Assembly (NCBI GenBank): GCA_965242695.1
Contig: CBDESU010000001.1
Location: 1,216,001-1,280,000, forward strand
Direction of reading: 5' to 3'
Length of the DNA stretch: 64,000 nucleotides
From: Cenarchaeum sp.
GTDB taxonomy: Archaea > Thermoproteota > Nitrososphaeria > Nitrososphaerales > Nitrosopumilaceae
Part shown: positions 39,074 to 50,500 of the stretch, piece by piece
Layout: each line of letters opens with the position of its first letter
Position numbering within the stretch: the stretch's first letter is position 1
Notes under the pieces: generated by a model
What the model was told of the DNA's origin: nothing
Database searches by the model: none
What the model saw: the letters and a program-made list of their open reading frames with translations, nothing else
Translations under genes and position numbers: made by a program

Positions 39074-39949
39074 TCAGCGATCGCCGTTGTCCGCGATCGG
39101 TATCTGCACGAACGGCGTTGCGCCGCTCTCGCCGACCACAAGCGGCAGCTTGCCGTCCCACTCCTTGGTCTTGAGCCACTCCATGTAGTGGGGGTTCTCC
39201 GAGAGCGCCTTGTTTATCGTCGAGATCGCCTCGGCCTCGCCGCGAGCCTCGGCTATGTTGGCGTTGGCCCGGCCGGTCGCCTGCGCCTCGAGCTGCCTCG
39301 CCTCGACCTCTATGCGGAGCAGGTCGTTCTCTGCCTTTAGCGCCTTTTGCTCGGCCTCGACCTTTGACTCGATGGCCTTGGCGAAGAGCGGCGAGAACTC
39401 GAAGTTTGTGATCGAGATGACCTCGGTCACGACGTTGAACTGCGCGAGGCGATTGCTTATGGACGACTCTATGTCCTCCTTGACCAGCGGCCTCTTCGTG
39501 ATCAGCTCCTCGGCGTTGTAGTTGGCAGTGACCTGCTTTACCGTCTCCTCAATGGCCGGCTGTATGACGCGGTTCTCGTAGTCTAGGCCGAGCTCCTTGT
39601 ACAGGACGTGCACAGAGTCCCTGGCCGGGTAGTAGTTTACCGTGACGGTCGTCTCGACCGTCTGGAGGTCCTTTGACGCGCTGCGCGTGTTCTTGTCGTA
39701 CTTTAGGGTGCGCACCTCGATGGGAACCACGTCGTCCTGGAAGGGGACGACAAAGTGGAGGCCCTCGTCTAGCGGCGGCTGCGACAGGTCGACCGCATTC
39801 CAGTGGAGCAGGACGCCCTTGTGTCCCGCGTCCACTATCTTTACGGACGCGAACGCGACGACGCCGATTATGATGATCGCGACGATGCCGATGGCGATCC
39901 CACGGGCCACGCCCGCGCGGACGGGCCGTGGCGACTCGTACCTAGACAC
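39074..39949 (-). CDS. prohibitin / SPFH (band 7) family protein
   Basis: TM helix then VKIVDAGHKGV..EGLHFVVPF..SASKDLQ..AEELITKR..AIESKVEAEQ. Confidence 0.95.
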   Translation of the reverse strand: MSRYESPRPVRAGVARGIAIGIVAIIIIGVVAFASVKIVDAGHKGVLLHWNAVDLSQPPLDEGLHFVVPFQDDVVPIEVRTLKYDKNTRSASKDLQTVETTVTVNYYPARDSVHVLYKELGLDYENRVIQPAIEETVKQVTANYNAEELITKRPLVKEDIESSISNRLAQFNVVTEVISITNFEFSPLFAKAIESKVEAEQKALKAENDLLRIEVEARQLEAQATGRANANIAEARGEAEAISTINKALSENPHYMEWLKTKEWDGKLPLVVGESGATPFVQIPIADNGDR

Positions 39950-40206
39950 GGCGGCGCGCCGGCAGGCCCCCTATTATACCATGCAGGGCGGCGCAGATCC
40001 GGCCCCGCGGCTGCCTCGGAGCGGCCCAAGGCCCCCGTCCGGCCGCGCCCCCTCCCGTGAACGCCGCTGGCGATCCGCCGCTCACCCCCTCCCCGGCGGC
40101 GGGTGGCCCGCGGCCCGCTCGTGGCCCCGAGCCTCCCTTCCCCAAAGCGGCGGCGGACGACCCCCTGTGGCCCGCCTGCCGCGGCCGCCCGCCCCCGGCG
40201 GCGCCT

Positions 40207-40425
40207 CTACACGACCTCTACCATCGTCTCGGTGCGCTCGACGCCCCGTATCGCGTGGATCTCGGCGGCGACGTCCTTTATCTGTGCCAGGCTCTCGACT
40301 CGTATGACGGCGACTGCGTCAAACTGCCCGCTCACCGGGAACGAGTCCTCGACCGAGCCGACCTTGCGCAGGCGGGCGGCGATGAGCTTCTTTGGCGACT
40401 TTACCAGCATGACCGCCCTCACCAA
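40207..40425 (-). CDS. Lrp/AsnC ligand-binding (RAM) domain protein
   Basis: VSGQFDAVA..IHAIRGVERTET; TTG/GTG start overlapping the upstream stop. Confidence 0.85.
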   Translation of the reverse strand: MVRAVMLVKSPKKLIAARLRKVGSVEDSFPVSGQFDAVAVIRVESLAQIKDVAAEIHAIRGVERTETMVEVV

Positions 40426-40658
40426 CCCATGTTCACCTCCACCTCGATCATGGTCTCCGTCGTGACGATCCCCTTGATCCTCTTGAAGTCGATGATCGCC
40501 GAGTTGATCTCGTCGATCGACCCGTGCAGCAGCACGCACACGTCGGCCCTGCCCGTCACGACCAGCGTGTCCTTGACGGGGCGGCGCTTGCGGCGCAGCA
40601 CGGCGGTCACCTCGTCGACGAGGCCCGGCCCGACCGTCACCATGCACAGCGCCCGCAC
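40419..40658 (-). CDS. Lrp/AsnC ligand-binding (RAM) domain protein
   Basis: VTGRADVCV..IKGIVTTET; GTG ~29 nt after CTTATCTA. Confidence 0.85.
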   Translation of the reverse strand: MRALCMVTVGPGLVDEVTAVLRRKRRPVKDTLVVTGRADVCVLLHGSIDEINSAIIDFKRIKGIVTTETMIEVEVNMGW

Positions 40659-41357
40659 GCCCGCGGGCCAAGCCCTGATGTAGATAAGGGTTTTTGCGCA
40701 TGCTGCGGCCAGCCCGCTGAATGCACACGGCAGGCCTTTGCGGGCGCTGTCAGCCCCGCCTCCCCCCCCCCCCCCCCTTGCTACCAAGGCCGCCGTGCAG
40801 TGTGTCCCTGCGCCGCCCGTGTCCAAAGCCGATCGCCGCGCGGTGCGCAGGGACGACATCCTCGAAGCGGCCCGCGTCCGAATGCCAGGCGGCCCGGAGC
40901 GGGCGCGCTTCCGCATCGCGAGAATCGAGAGCGCGGCCCCGCGGTGCACCTAGACGGCCGCATCCCGCCGCCCGACGATTGCCTGCATCCCTGCCGCGCA
41001 GCATGCTCGTCAATGCCGTCGGCGTCAAGGCCAGCCATCTCCCTACAGTACGCCGGCGCCCCGTTGCGCCGTCCCGCCCGCGACAAGACGGCGGGCAGGC
41101 CCAAGCATGCAGGCACGGCACCGAGTCCGCACCCCAAGCGGGGCGTCCTGCACATCCGGGATCCCGCCGGTGTGATCCCGATCCTACGCTCCCGCCCCAC
41201 GCCTCGATATGACAGTGCACATCCATGCCACCTCCGCATCGCGTCCCAATGCCACCGTTGCGTGCTAGGGCACCACACAATGCGCCCTGCCGCCAAGGTC
41301 AACGCCGGTCGTCACATGCGGGAGAGGAGGCAGAGTAGCGCAACGCATGCCAGCGTC

Positions 41358-41816
41358 CTACTTGGGCAGTTTGTAGCCGCATTGATGCATCTGGAGGGCA
41401 TGCGCCTTGCCATCTATTGGCCACCTGTATTTTTTTACGGTTTGATACGACGATCTATGCTTAAAAGTTTTAGCCAAGAGAATCAATCGGACGCGTGGGT
41501 GTGTTCGCGGGATCAGCGTGCGCGCCCATTCTAGCGCACGTTCCAGTGTATTGTCAAATTTCTCTTTGATAGATGACTGGTTTATTTTTGAGCTTTTAAG
41601 CTCTACGATTACAATATTGAGCATGCTTGTGTAGTAAAATACAACGCAATCGCATGCCTTTTTGTCTACTATCACGCCGTCTGCCTTTATTATTAGGCGG
41701 TTGTCTATGTTCGGCAGGGCCAGCTTGCAGTTTTGCTCACAACATTCCTTGACCACGTGCCTCGCCAGTCCAAGTTCCATAGCCATGGCTTCAAGCCTTC
41801 GAGTCATCCCACGCAT
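41358..41816 (-). CDS. small putative PD-(D/E)XK nuclease, low GC
   Basis: KKACDCVVF..IVIVELKS; overlaps the upstream ATPase gene. Confidence 0.7.
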   Translation of the reverse strand: MRGMTRRLEAMAMELGLARHVVKECCEQNCKLALPNIDNRLIIKADGVIVDKKACDCVVFYYTSMLNIVIVELKSSKINQSSIKEKFDNTLERALEWARTLIPRTHPRVRLILLAKTFKHRSSYQTVKKYRWPIDGKAHALQMHQCGYKLPK

Positions 41817-43341
41817 CTCCTATTATCGACGACTTGATGTCCTCCATCCTAGCCGCCTCGTCGTGGAGTTCCTCGTGGACCCGGATAAACTCGCCCTCGT
41901 CTATGCCATCGTCCCCCGAGTGCTGTATCTCCCTTGCCGTGCTCCAGCCCCTGTCGTCCATCGAAAAGGAGTAGGGGGCGACCTCCCCGGGGAGCAGGTA
42001 TGCCAGCGGATCGCCAAAAATAGTGCGCTTAGAGTCGTCTGAAAGCTGCCCCGCCTCGAGGCACTTGCTGAACTCCTCAAGCAGGATCTCGCTGTGCGTC
42101 GTGGCAAGTACGTAGAGGCCGGCGCGGACCATTCTTACTATGAATTTGGCAAGCAGTGCCTGGCTCGCCGGATGCAGGTGGGCCTCCGGCTCCTCTATTA
42201 CGAGCAGATCGGACGGCTGCACGGCGTGCTTGAGATACAAGATCAGGGGCGCCAGTTCGGATACCGACGACGATGCGGATTGGATTGGCACGCTGCTCCC
42301 TCTGTACTTGAACACTATTTCCGGAGCCGCGATTTTGGATGCTTTCCGCATGCCGATGCGGCCGCGCAGGATCGATTGCTCCATTTCCTCGCCGAGTGCG
42401 AAAAGCGCCCCCTCCTCCTCCGTCATTTTAACAATGTCGGCCAGGAAATCGACGGTGGTTCCCGGCATGGATCCTGTGCCGGTGTGATCTCCGGCGGCGC
42501 CCGACAGCGACCGGATCGCCCCGTCCAAGACCGTCCTGTAGGCGTTTAGTACGCCCGATCGCGATGCGGGCAGGTAGTACGAGGCCTCCGGCATGTCCGA
42601 AAAAATTTTTCGTGTTATGGGCACATAGCACACCTGAGGCAGATGCCTTCTTAGCTGGTTGTTGGCCATCCAATTGGACATCGTGTACTCAATTGGATCC
42701 TCAGGATCACGCGGCATCCGTGCAAGGGGGGGATCGATGCCCGGCCCCTCGTCTTCGACAAGGGTCTGCACAATTGGCGAGATGGCCCGTATGCTTACGC
42801 CAGTAGTCTTTCCCCACTTCAGCACGGACGCGTGTGATCCGTTGGCAACGTCGATCTGCATCGACTTGCATCCGAACCGGACCAGCCCCTGCGGGCCAGA
42901 GGGCATGTTACGGGTAATTTCGGACGTCAGTCCGTCTGCAAGTATGCTCGTCAGGCAGTGGCGCGCGATAGCGTCCGACATTCGGGCAGGCACGGAGGCC
43001 GACTGGTCTGCGTTGAAGGCGTCGAGTACGGCGCCGAGCCCCGCGTCTATCGATTTTTTGCATGCGGCAAGCGTGCGCATCGAGGCCGGTCCCGGCCCGG
43101 CGTCGAAGCCCGCGGCCGTGCCCGCCGACAAAAGGCGCTTTTCTCTGCCGACGGCCCGGATTAGCGAGTGCGCCGCGGTTGCGGCGTACGACTTGCCCGT
43201 GTTGCCGGGGCCTATGAACACGGTCAGGGGGGCAATCCTGATGGCCGCCTCCCTGACAGGACCGAGGTTTCGCAGTGTCATTCTAAGCCCGGCCTCGCCT
43301 GATCTATCAGGGCGTCGGAGGCGCCGCTTCGTTGTGCTCAC
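41791..43341 (-). CDS. ABC-type (AAA_15/AAA_21-like) ATPase
   Basis: Walker A FIGPGNTGKS, signature SASSSVSEL, Walker B LLVIEEPEAHLHP, H-loop ATTHS. Confidence 0.9.
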   Translation of the reverse strand: MSTTKRRLRRPDRSGEAGLRMTLRNLGPVREAAIRIAPLTVFIGPGNTGKSYAATAAHSLIRAVGREKRLLSAGTAAGFDAGPGPASMRTLAACKKSIDAGLGAVLDAFNADQSASVPARMSDAIARHCLTSILADGLTSEITRNMPSGPQGLVRFGCKSMQIDVANGSHASVLKWGKTTGVSIRAISPIVQTLVEDEGPGIDPPLARMPRDPEDPIEYTMSNWMANNQLRRHLPQVCYVPITRKIFSDMPEASYYLPASRSGVLNAYRTVLDGAIRSLSGAAGDHTGTGSMPGTTVDFLADIVKMTEEEGALFALGEEMEQSILRGRIGMRKASKIAAPEIVFKYRGSSVPIQSASSSVSELAPLILYLKHAVQPSDLLVIEEPEAHLHPASQALLAKFIVRMVRAGLYVLATTHSEILLEEFSKCLEAGQLSDDSKRTIFGDPLAYLLPGEVAPYSFSMDDRGWSTAREIQHSGDDGIDEGEFIRVHEELHDEAARMEDIKSSIIGDAWDDSKA

Positions 43342-43490
43342 GGCGCATCCGCGCGGCGGGGCGCCTTAAGCGTTGCCACAGCGGTCAAGACGGCGCGCGG
43401 AACCAGCGCCGCGCCTGCCCGCCCCGAGCGATGCCAAGGGTCGGGCGGCGCCCCGCCAGGGCGGGCGCGCGGGCGGCGCCCGGGCGCTGA

Positions 43491-46400
43491 TCAGCCGCAC
43501 GAGACCTCGTACGCGACGGTCTGCTCCATGGCGCCCGGCGAGACGCCCGGCGGCAGATCGTCCATGCCGGTCAGGTCGAGCCGGTAGTCGATTGCAAGGG
43601 ACGCGGCCGGCTCGAGCGCATCGCCGCCGGACAGCAGGGGCGATCCGGGCTCGAGCGGGGCGAACCGCCCCTCCCCGCCGCCGCCCGCGGGCGCGGCCAT
43701 GAACGACGTCGCGTTCGCCGGCAGGCCGCCGCTCCACGCCGTCGCGCTGATCGCAACGCCCGCGATCGGCGCGCTGCCCGAATTCGAGAGCATCTGGCGC
43801 CGCGGCTCGCCGGCCTGTCCGGGCCCCGCGCTGCCAAGGTCGAGCATGTCAGACGCCAGCGAGGCGCTGCACGTCGCGGCAGCGTCCGCCCCCGAGGTCT
43901 CGACTATTGCCCACTTGCGCGTCTCCGGCGAGACCGTCCATGTCGAAAAGGTCGCCGGACTGGCCAGGTCGCCGTTGCCGTCGAACGCGATCCCGCCGAG
44001 GGCCCCGCCTGGCAGCCCCGCGGCCGCCAGGCCGTGCAGGTTCGATGCGAACGGGCCGGCCGTCGAGTGGCCGGCCGCGATCGCGCTCCCGAGCAGCAGC
44101 ACTGCATCGTGGGCAGAGTACGCGTACCCTATCCTCGGATCCCCGACGTCGCCTCCGCCTGGCCTGGCCGCAATGGCCGAATCGACGGCGCGCGTCGCCG
44201 CGCTCGGCTCGATGCCGAACACGACGGCCCTCAGGCCCGTCGACAGGGCCAGGTCGAGCGCCGCATCGCCGCCGGTGACGACCGAGCTGCCGGCAAGGTC
44301 CGTCGAGTACCACTGCGCGCCGGCCAGGGCGGGGTACCGCAGGGCCTCGGCGGCCGCGCCGGCGAACGGCGGGTCGAACCCGATGTACAGGACGGCCGCG
44401 CCCCGCTCCGGGTCAGAGGCGGACGCCGCGGACACCATCGCGTTGGCCCTCGCCATTGCGGGCCCCCACCCGCCCGGCTCGATCGAGGCGTCAAACGGCA
44501 CCTTTGGCAGGACCGACCCCGGCGAGAGGCCGTCAAACTCGGCGCGTATCCGCTCGTACGCGGCGTTTCCGTACGCGTCGTCCTGCACGATGGCGACCAC
44601 GTCGCGCGCCCCGCCGCCGGCCATCACCTCGGCGATGCGCGGCGCGCGCAGGTCGTCGTTGGGAGCCATGCGGTACACCGCATCCGGCAGGGCCAGGTCG
44701 GGCGAGAGCGACGAGGGCGAGACAAGGACTAGGCCGGCCTCGCCGGCGTACCCGCGGACGGCCTCTACGCTCGAGCTCGCCGACGGGCCTACCGAGAGCG
44801 GCACGGGGCGCGGATAGTAGCCGGCTCCGAGGATCAGGTCGTCGGACCTGTCGGCGGTCCCGAGATCGTGCAGGGCGAGTAGCGAGCGCTTGGACTCGAC
44901 GGGCTGCCCCTCGTGGACAAAGTTGCGGATGCGGTAGTCGTACCACGCGTCGGCTCTGGCCGGCGCCGCATCAAGCTCCCCGAGCAGGCTCGCGAACGGG
45001 ACGGGGTTGTCGCCCGAGGCGATCGGCGAGACGACGCCGACCCTGTCTGGGTTTGCCCCGTTGGCCTGGACGTGCCCCGTGCGGTTGAGGATGAACGGAT
45101 AGTGCTCCTGCGGGCTGGCAAGCGACCTTATGGCCTGCACGGCCGCATCGGCCCCCTGCGCGTCGATCGCATCCCTCATCGAGGCGATCTGGCTTGCCAG
45201 TATTGGATAGTACCTCGCATCGTCGAGGCCGGTCGCAAGGGCCGACACGGCCGCGAGGGGGTCGGCCAGGCGGATGTCGTGTCGGACGATCTCTAGGGAT
45301 CGGTTCCCGCCCGCCTCGGCCTGGCCGAGGCTGAACCGCACGGCCGCGTCGAGCACGGCCGCGTCGAGCACGACGCCGTCAAAGTAGGGCAGGTCGGTCG
45401 CCGCCAAGAGGGCCCCTACGCGCGACGGGGCCGAGCCGGCAGGCATCGCCGCATCGCCGCCGGCTGCGCCGGCGAGCCTGGACGGATCCGGCTCGTATCC
45501 AGGATAGTAGTTGGCCCGCGCATCGACGGCGCCGGGAGCGGCATCGCTCGCTATCAAGGCTCCCTCGTTCGAGGCGTGCAGCGTGTTGTGGTGGAAGCGG
45601 ACGGCGGGCTGCGCGGCATCGCCGGCCGCCACTTCGACCTCGGAGGCGCCGGCCTCGCACCGCCCGGCGCACACGGACAGCGCGCCGGCGCTCTCCGAGA
45701 TGCGGTTGCCCACGATCACCACGTCCGCCGAGTCGGCCCACACCGAAAGGGCCGGCGCCGCCGCGCCGATCACCGTGTTGTATGCGATGCGGACGTTCGA
45801 CGAGTTCGACGTGACCAGGACGGCGCTCGACCCCGAGCCCTCCACGTGGTTGTGCACGACGCCAAGGCCGCGCGCGCCCGACGCCTGCACCGCCGCCCCC
45901 CTCAGGTCGAACATGTAGTTTGACGAGACCAGCGAGTCGGCCACCTGCACTCCGGACGGCATCTGCGCCGGCATGCCGAGCCGCACCGCCGGGGGCGGCG
46001 GAGCGTCGCCGGGGGCGGCGGCCCCGATGTCGCGGAACGTGTTTCCCGACACGTCCACGTCGGATGCGGGCGGCGCCGGCGCCGTGCCGTTGGCGGCCGC
46101 GGCAGGGGCCGCCGACACGGCCGCGGCGCACGTGCCGTCGAACGTGTTGTTCAGTACGGAGACCGTCCCGGCCCCCGCGCCGCCGGGCCGCGCCTCCACC
46201 GTGACGACGGCGGCGCCGCCGGGGCCGCCCGCCGGGCATGCGATATCGCGAAATACGAGGCCCGTGAGGGCCACGGGGCCGCCCGGGCCCTGCCGGACGA
46301 CTACGCTCGAGTTGCCCGTGAGGACGGCCGCGCCCGGCGGGTCGGACGCGAGCGTGAGCGGCTTGTCGATCGTGACGGACACGTTGGCGTACGTTCCGGG

Positions 46401-46556
46401 AGCGACGAGGACGGTGCTGCCCGCATCGGCGCCGTCCACCTGTCCCTGTATCGTCGCGGCGCCACCTCCAGCGTCCTGGGCATAGGCGGCGTTCGGGGCG
46501 CATGCGATCGCAACGGCGGCCGCAAGCGCCAAGATCGCGCCCGGTGCACTGCGCAT
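43491..46556 (-). CDS. large secreted protein: beta-helix + Cache-like insert + type 1 periplasmic-binding (LivJ-like) domain
   Basis: Signal peptide MRSAPGAILALAAAVAIACAPNAAYAQ; VAPGTY and xxxNxF beta-helix repeats; VGPSASS..LVSPSS..YRMAPND..DDAYG..GALGGIAFDGNGD; start trimmed using upstream TTTTAA. Confidence 0.8.
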   Translation of the reverse strand: MRSAPGAILALAAAVAIACAPNAAYAQDAGGGAATIQGQVDGADAGSTVLVAPGTYANVSVTIDKPLTLASDPPGAAVLTGNSSVVVRQGPGGPVALTGLVFRDIACPAGGPGGAAVVTVEARPGGAGAGTVSVLNNTFDGTCAAAVSAAPAAAANGTAPAPPASDVDVSGNTFRDIGAAAPGDAPPPPAVRLGMPAQMPSGVQVADSLVSSNYMFDLRGAAVQASGARGLGVVHNHVEGSGSSAVLVTSNSSNVRIAYNTVIGAAAPALSVWADSADVVIVGNRISESAGALSVCAGRCEAGASEVEVAAGDAAQPAVRFHHNTLHASNEGALIASDAAPGAVDARANYYPGYEPDPSRLAGAAGGDAAMPAGSAPSRVGALLAATDLPYFDGVVLDAAVLDAAVRFSLGQAEAGGNRSLEIVRHDIRLADPLAAVSALATGLDDARYYPILASQIASMRDAIDAQGADAAVQAIRSLASPQEHYPFILNRTGHVQANGANPDRVGVVSPIASGDNPVPFASLLGELDAAPARADAWYDYRIRNFVHEGQPVESKRSLLALHDLGTADRSDDLILGAGYYPRPVPLSVGPSASSSVEAVRGYAGEAGLVLVSPSSLSPDLALPDAVYRMAPNDDLRAPRIAEVMAGGGARDVVAIVQDDAYGNAAYERIRAEFDGLSPGSVLPKVPFDASIEPGGWGPAMARANAMVSAASASDPERGAAVLYIGFDPPFAGAAAEALRYPALAGAQWYSTDLAGSSVVTGGDAALDLALSTGLRAVVFGIEPSAATRAVDSAIAARPGGGDVGDPRIGYAYSAHDAVLLLGSAIAAGHSTAGPFASNLHGLAAAGLPGGALGGIAFDGNGDLASPATFSTWTVSPETRKWAIVETSGADAAATCSASLASDMLDLGSAGPGQAGEPRRQMLSNSGSAPIAGVAISATAWSGGLPANATSFMAAPAGGGGEGRFAPLEPGSPLLSGGDALEPAASLAIDYRLDLTGMDDLPPGVSPGAMEQTVAYEVSCG

Positions 46557-47179
46557 GCAAGGCGGCGAACCGCGTTGCGTTAAAAGAGTTGCGCCGCCCC
46601 CACATGCCGGGTGGGGGCGTGCGTGTGTGCGCCCTTCCCCCCAACCGCGCAGCCGCCAGCGCCTACACCGCTCCCGGATGCCCGCGTTGTTCGTCGCCTC
46701 TTGAGCGCGGAGGCGAACAGCCGGGCACGAGAGGACGCCGCAGGCGCCCGCTGAGGGGGTCGCAGGCGCCCGTCTCACGGAGGCTCCATGACCCTGATGC
46801 GCGTTCGGGCCCATCCAGCTGAGTGGAGTCGCAGGCGCCCGTCTCACGAAGGCGGCATGCCCCGTCAGTGGACGGCGTTGCGTCCCGCGACGCGGCTTGC
46901 CATCGGTAGCGCGGCATGTCGCCGCCTTGCGCGGCATCCCGCACCGGCGCTGGCACGCACTACGCCTGCCGTCGTCGCCACGACTGCCGATTCCAGTCCA
47001 GGTCTGAGCCCAGTCCGTCCGCGATTGGACACCATGCACGTCACTGTAAGATTTTTGGAAAAATATGCTCGTAGACAGCAAATTTAGCGCCCAGCGTCAT
47101 GCCATCCAGCCGGAAGTTTGACGGGAAAGCGGCACACCGCGACCGAATGTTTATGAGTGCGGCAGGGGCCGGCTCTCCA

Positions 47180-47374
47180 ATGGACAAGAGTCCCAAGTGC
47201 CCGTACTGTGGCAAGAGTGCATGGGACGGCCCATTTCAGCTCGGCATGGCGGCATCGAGGGGAAAGGACGACAAGCCCACGAGCGACATAACGGAGGGGG
47301 AGAGCGGCATTTGTTTGCTGAAGTCTTGGGCATGCACCTCATGCGGTCATGTCAGGCTAAACAAGGAAGCATAG
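47180..47374 (+). CDS. small zinc-ribbon protein
   Basis: KCPYCG...WACTSCGHV; TTTATG ~30 nt upstream. Confidence 0.7.
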   Translation: MDKSPKCPYCGKSAWDGPFQLGMAASRGKDDKPTSDITEGESGICLLKSWACTSCGHVRLNKEA

Positions 47375-47407
47375 CGGGCAGCCATGCAGCTGTCGGCGAT
47401 GCCAAGA

Positions 47408-47511
47408 GCTGCATCAGGGGCGCGCCTCGTTAGGCGGTCACTTGCGGTTCCGCGCCTGGGAAGAGTTCGACGTCGACGCTGCATCAGGGGCGCGCCTCGT
47501 TAGGCGGTCAC
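47408..47511. repeat. 34-bp perfect direct repeat pair separated by 36 bp
   Basis: gctgcatcaggggcgcgcctcgttaggcggtcac at 47408 and 47478. Confidence 0.9.
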
Positions 47512-47597
47512 CTGGTAAGAGTTATCGGCCTTGTGACGTGCGCCGCGGCGGGGGATCGTAGGGGGCCGCGAGCATGAGCAACCCGCGCCGCCCCTCC

Positions 47598-50500
47598 TCA
47601 AGGACGACCTCGAGGGCGCCGCGCGGGGCGCGGTCGGCCGCCAGAGGGCACGGCGGCCCACCACTTCCAAGTGCCTCGTAGCGCACCGGCGTGTGCCTGA
47701 CGGCCGCGGCTGCCCTCTGGCGACAGAGGCGCAGCGACAAAAGTCATCGCCTCAAATGAGTAGAATTCCTGCGCGGCATCGGGATCGGCAAGCAGGGCAT
47801 CGGCCGATCCGGCATCCCCGAGGCGGTCGGCGTCCAGCCCAAGCGGAGGCGAATCGCACTGCGGCGAGATTTCACGCAGCCTAGGGGCCGCCGCCGCCAG
47901 GCGACTCATGAGGAACTCGGCCCTTTCGCGCTCCGTTTTGGCAGCGCAGCGCGCTAGAAGGGGTGCGGCGGCTCCAAAGGAATTAGACATGCACCGTACT
48001 GCAGCGCGGCTCACCGCCTCGCATGCGCCGCCTGCAGGCTCCGGCATGCCGTTCAAGAGATCTGCCAGTCCCAGGAGCATGCGCGCCGAGGCAACGGCCT
48101 CGGACTTTGCCGCAACCAGCCGCGACGGGTGCGCACCGCCCCCTGCTTTTGTATCGCAGGAAGTGCGTTGATCCGGCGATGGGCAGGCGCTGGATCCCAT
48201 CCCCCCGAGAGCCAGATCCGAACAGAGTTGGAGCGCAGGTGCATCATCATCATCCCGGATACCCCTCAATTTTCGAACGGTGCTGGCGGCATGTAGGACA
48301 GGCAGGTGCGACTCGCACACCAAGTTGCCGAAATCGGTGGGCCTGTAGATGTGGCCGGCGCTCGTGCCGCGGGCATCGCGGACCACAAGATCCAGTGCAA
48401 CCAGTTCGTCTAGCAACCCACGGATCGTCTCGTCCAGTGCCGCCTTGTCCGAGGCGCTCGACGATGCCCAGAACCATGTCGCAGATATGCGGGACGCCAT
48501 GTCGCCCGGCGTGGCCCCACCCAGCTCCTTGACCATGCGGATAAGGTGCAACGCGATGCGGGGGCGTAGATCATCCCGACTGCCGCCCAGTCCGGAAGTC
48601 ACCGAGGGGGCGACATCCCACAGGCTGCGGCGCAGCACATCGTACTCGGCCTGTGATGCGGCAGCTACGATTGTCTCGCCCTTCCTGTCAAGGCCCGCCC
48701 TGCCCGCCATTTCCGTCGCCCGCGCGTACTCGAAGGCGGTGGGAATTTCTCCGCTGGCGGCGGGACGGCACAGTAGCACCGTCTTGAACGGCGAGGGGGC
48801 ATCCCTTGTGCAGGGGACGGAGGACGACACGAGGGCGCTGATCGCACCGCCTTCGACCCCCCTCATGACTGCTTTTCTGAACGCCGGCGGCAGTCGTTCG
48901 TCGTCAAACGCGACGCCCGATGCAAGCGGCGATTCGGATCCCGTGCCGCAGTACTCGATGCCGGCCCCGATCGCGGGCCGCCCCACAAGGCTTTGCCGCA
49001 AGGCCGCTTTTTTCCCAGCGGCTTCCCCCATGTCCAGGTCGTCGCCCTCGATGCGACGCAGTTGCGATGCGACTTCGCTGGCAAATCCGATCACATCCGA
49101 GCCTGGGGGGACGGAGATCAGCACGGGAGAGTCGTCAACCACGGCCCTCCTGGCAAATCTTGCGCACAGGGAGGCGGCATCCGGCCTTCCGGCGTCCCCG
49201 CCACCGCAACGCAGGTCGCGCGGAAGCGGCTCGTGGCTTCCGGGCGCCGATCTGAAGTACAGCATTCCGTTGTGGCAGACAGATTCGCGGGTGCCGATCA
49301 CGGCGCATCCCGGCCGCCCCTCCGCCCCGCACGCATCAACCACCTTTGCCCCGAGCCAAGAAGCCATTTTTTTGGCGACGTCCGCCGAGGCCAGGGTTGT
49401 GAGCGCCACGATCTGTGGGCAGGAGGATCCTGCCGACCGCAGGCGTGCAATGAGCATCTCCAGGTCCAGGGCGCCGTTCCCACCACAATCTTCGTCCAAG
49501 TCGCAGGCCTCGTCGATAATGACCGCAGCCAGGTCGGACACCTCGATCGACCCTGCAGACAGCCGCGTGCCCAGCTCTTCGTACGTGGCGACAAAATGCC
49601 CGCCGCTGCCGAGGCCGTCCCGATGCAAGCCGTGCGGGCCGTCATCCCGCCGCTCATCGCCGCCGCCACGGTCGGCCCCGATCAGCCCGACGATCCCGCC
49701 GTAGGCCCGTTCGACGGCCTGCTCGTTGGCAGCCAAGTACGCCACACGCCCCCCGCCGTTTGACGGGGCGGCGAGGCACAGGCACGAAAGCAGGGCCTTT
49801 TCGTGGCCGGCCGGCAGCCGGCATACCATGCTTGCCCGCCCGATCAGTCCTGCCTCGACTGCCGCCTCCTCGGGCGGCGTTAGCGCGTACCTGCCCGACA
49901 TCCACAGTGCCGCTCCCATACCGTCCGCCAAGCCCAGCCGGGACACCGAGTGATCGTACGTGGCTTCGACAAGCCTCAGGTACAGGCTCACCATGAACCC
50001 CAGGGGCGGATCGGGAAAGTACCGCAGCAGGTCATTGTAGAACCGGCCCGCCCTCTCGGCCAGGTCCTTGGCGCTTCCGTCGGAACCGCGGCGGCCGGGC
50101 GCCCCGAAAAAGCGGCAGAGGAGGTTGAGCAGGGCAAAAAAGAGCTTGTAGTCATCGGGCGAGTCGTGGTCAATCCCCCTTTCAGGGGATGCCTTGGCAT
50201 GCAGCCACCTGCTCGTCTCGTCGAGTGCCGACGCGAGGAGGCCGCTCCCGCCGCCCACGCCAAGCAGCGCCAGGCCCTCCACCAGGCGCCGCGAATGCGC
50301 CGGCGAGCCCACAATGTACTCGAATTCGCCCGAGTATCTTTGCTCAAGCAGCCGGTACATGCGCACCGCATCGCACCTCATTCGCGCCATATCGTAGCAC
50401 AGGGCCGAGCATATCGTTGCGTAGAATTCGTCGCCGCGCGGCAGCTCGCCGGCATCGGCCATATCCTCGAGTGCCACGGCGGCCTCCTCGTACGACGCTC

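Noticed and set aside
46557-47081. N-terminal 175 aa of the 1196-aa ORF
   Set aside because: Low-complexity translation of intergenic DNA; signal peptide and TATA indicate a start at 46556
47408-47511. CRISPR array (also considered at 35162, 2254 and 56687)
   Set aside because: Only two repeats per locus or no spacers, repeats unrelated between loci, no cas genes or leader
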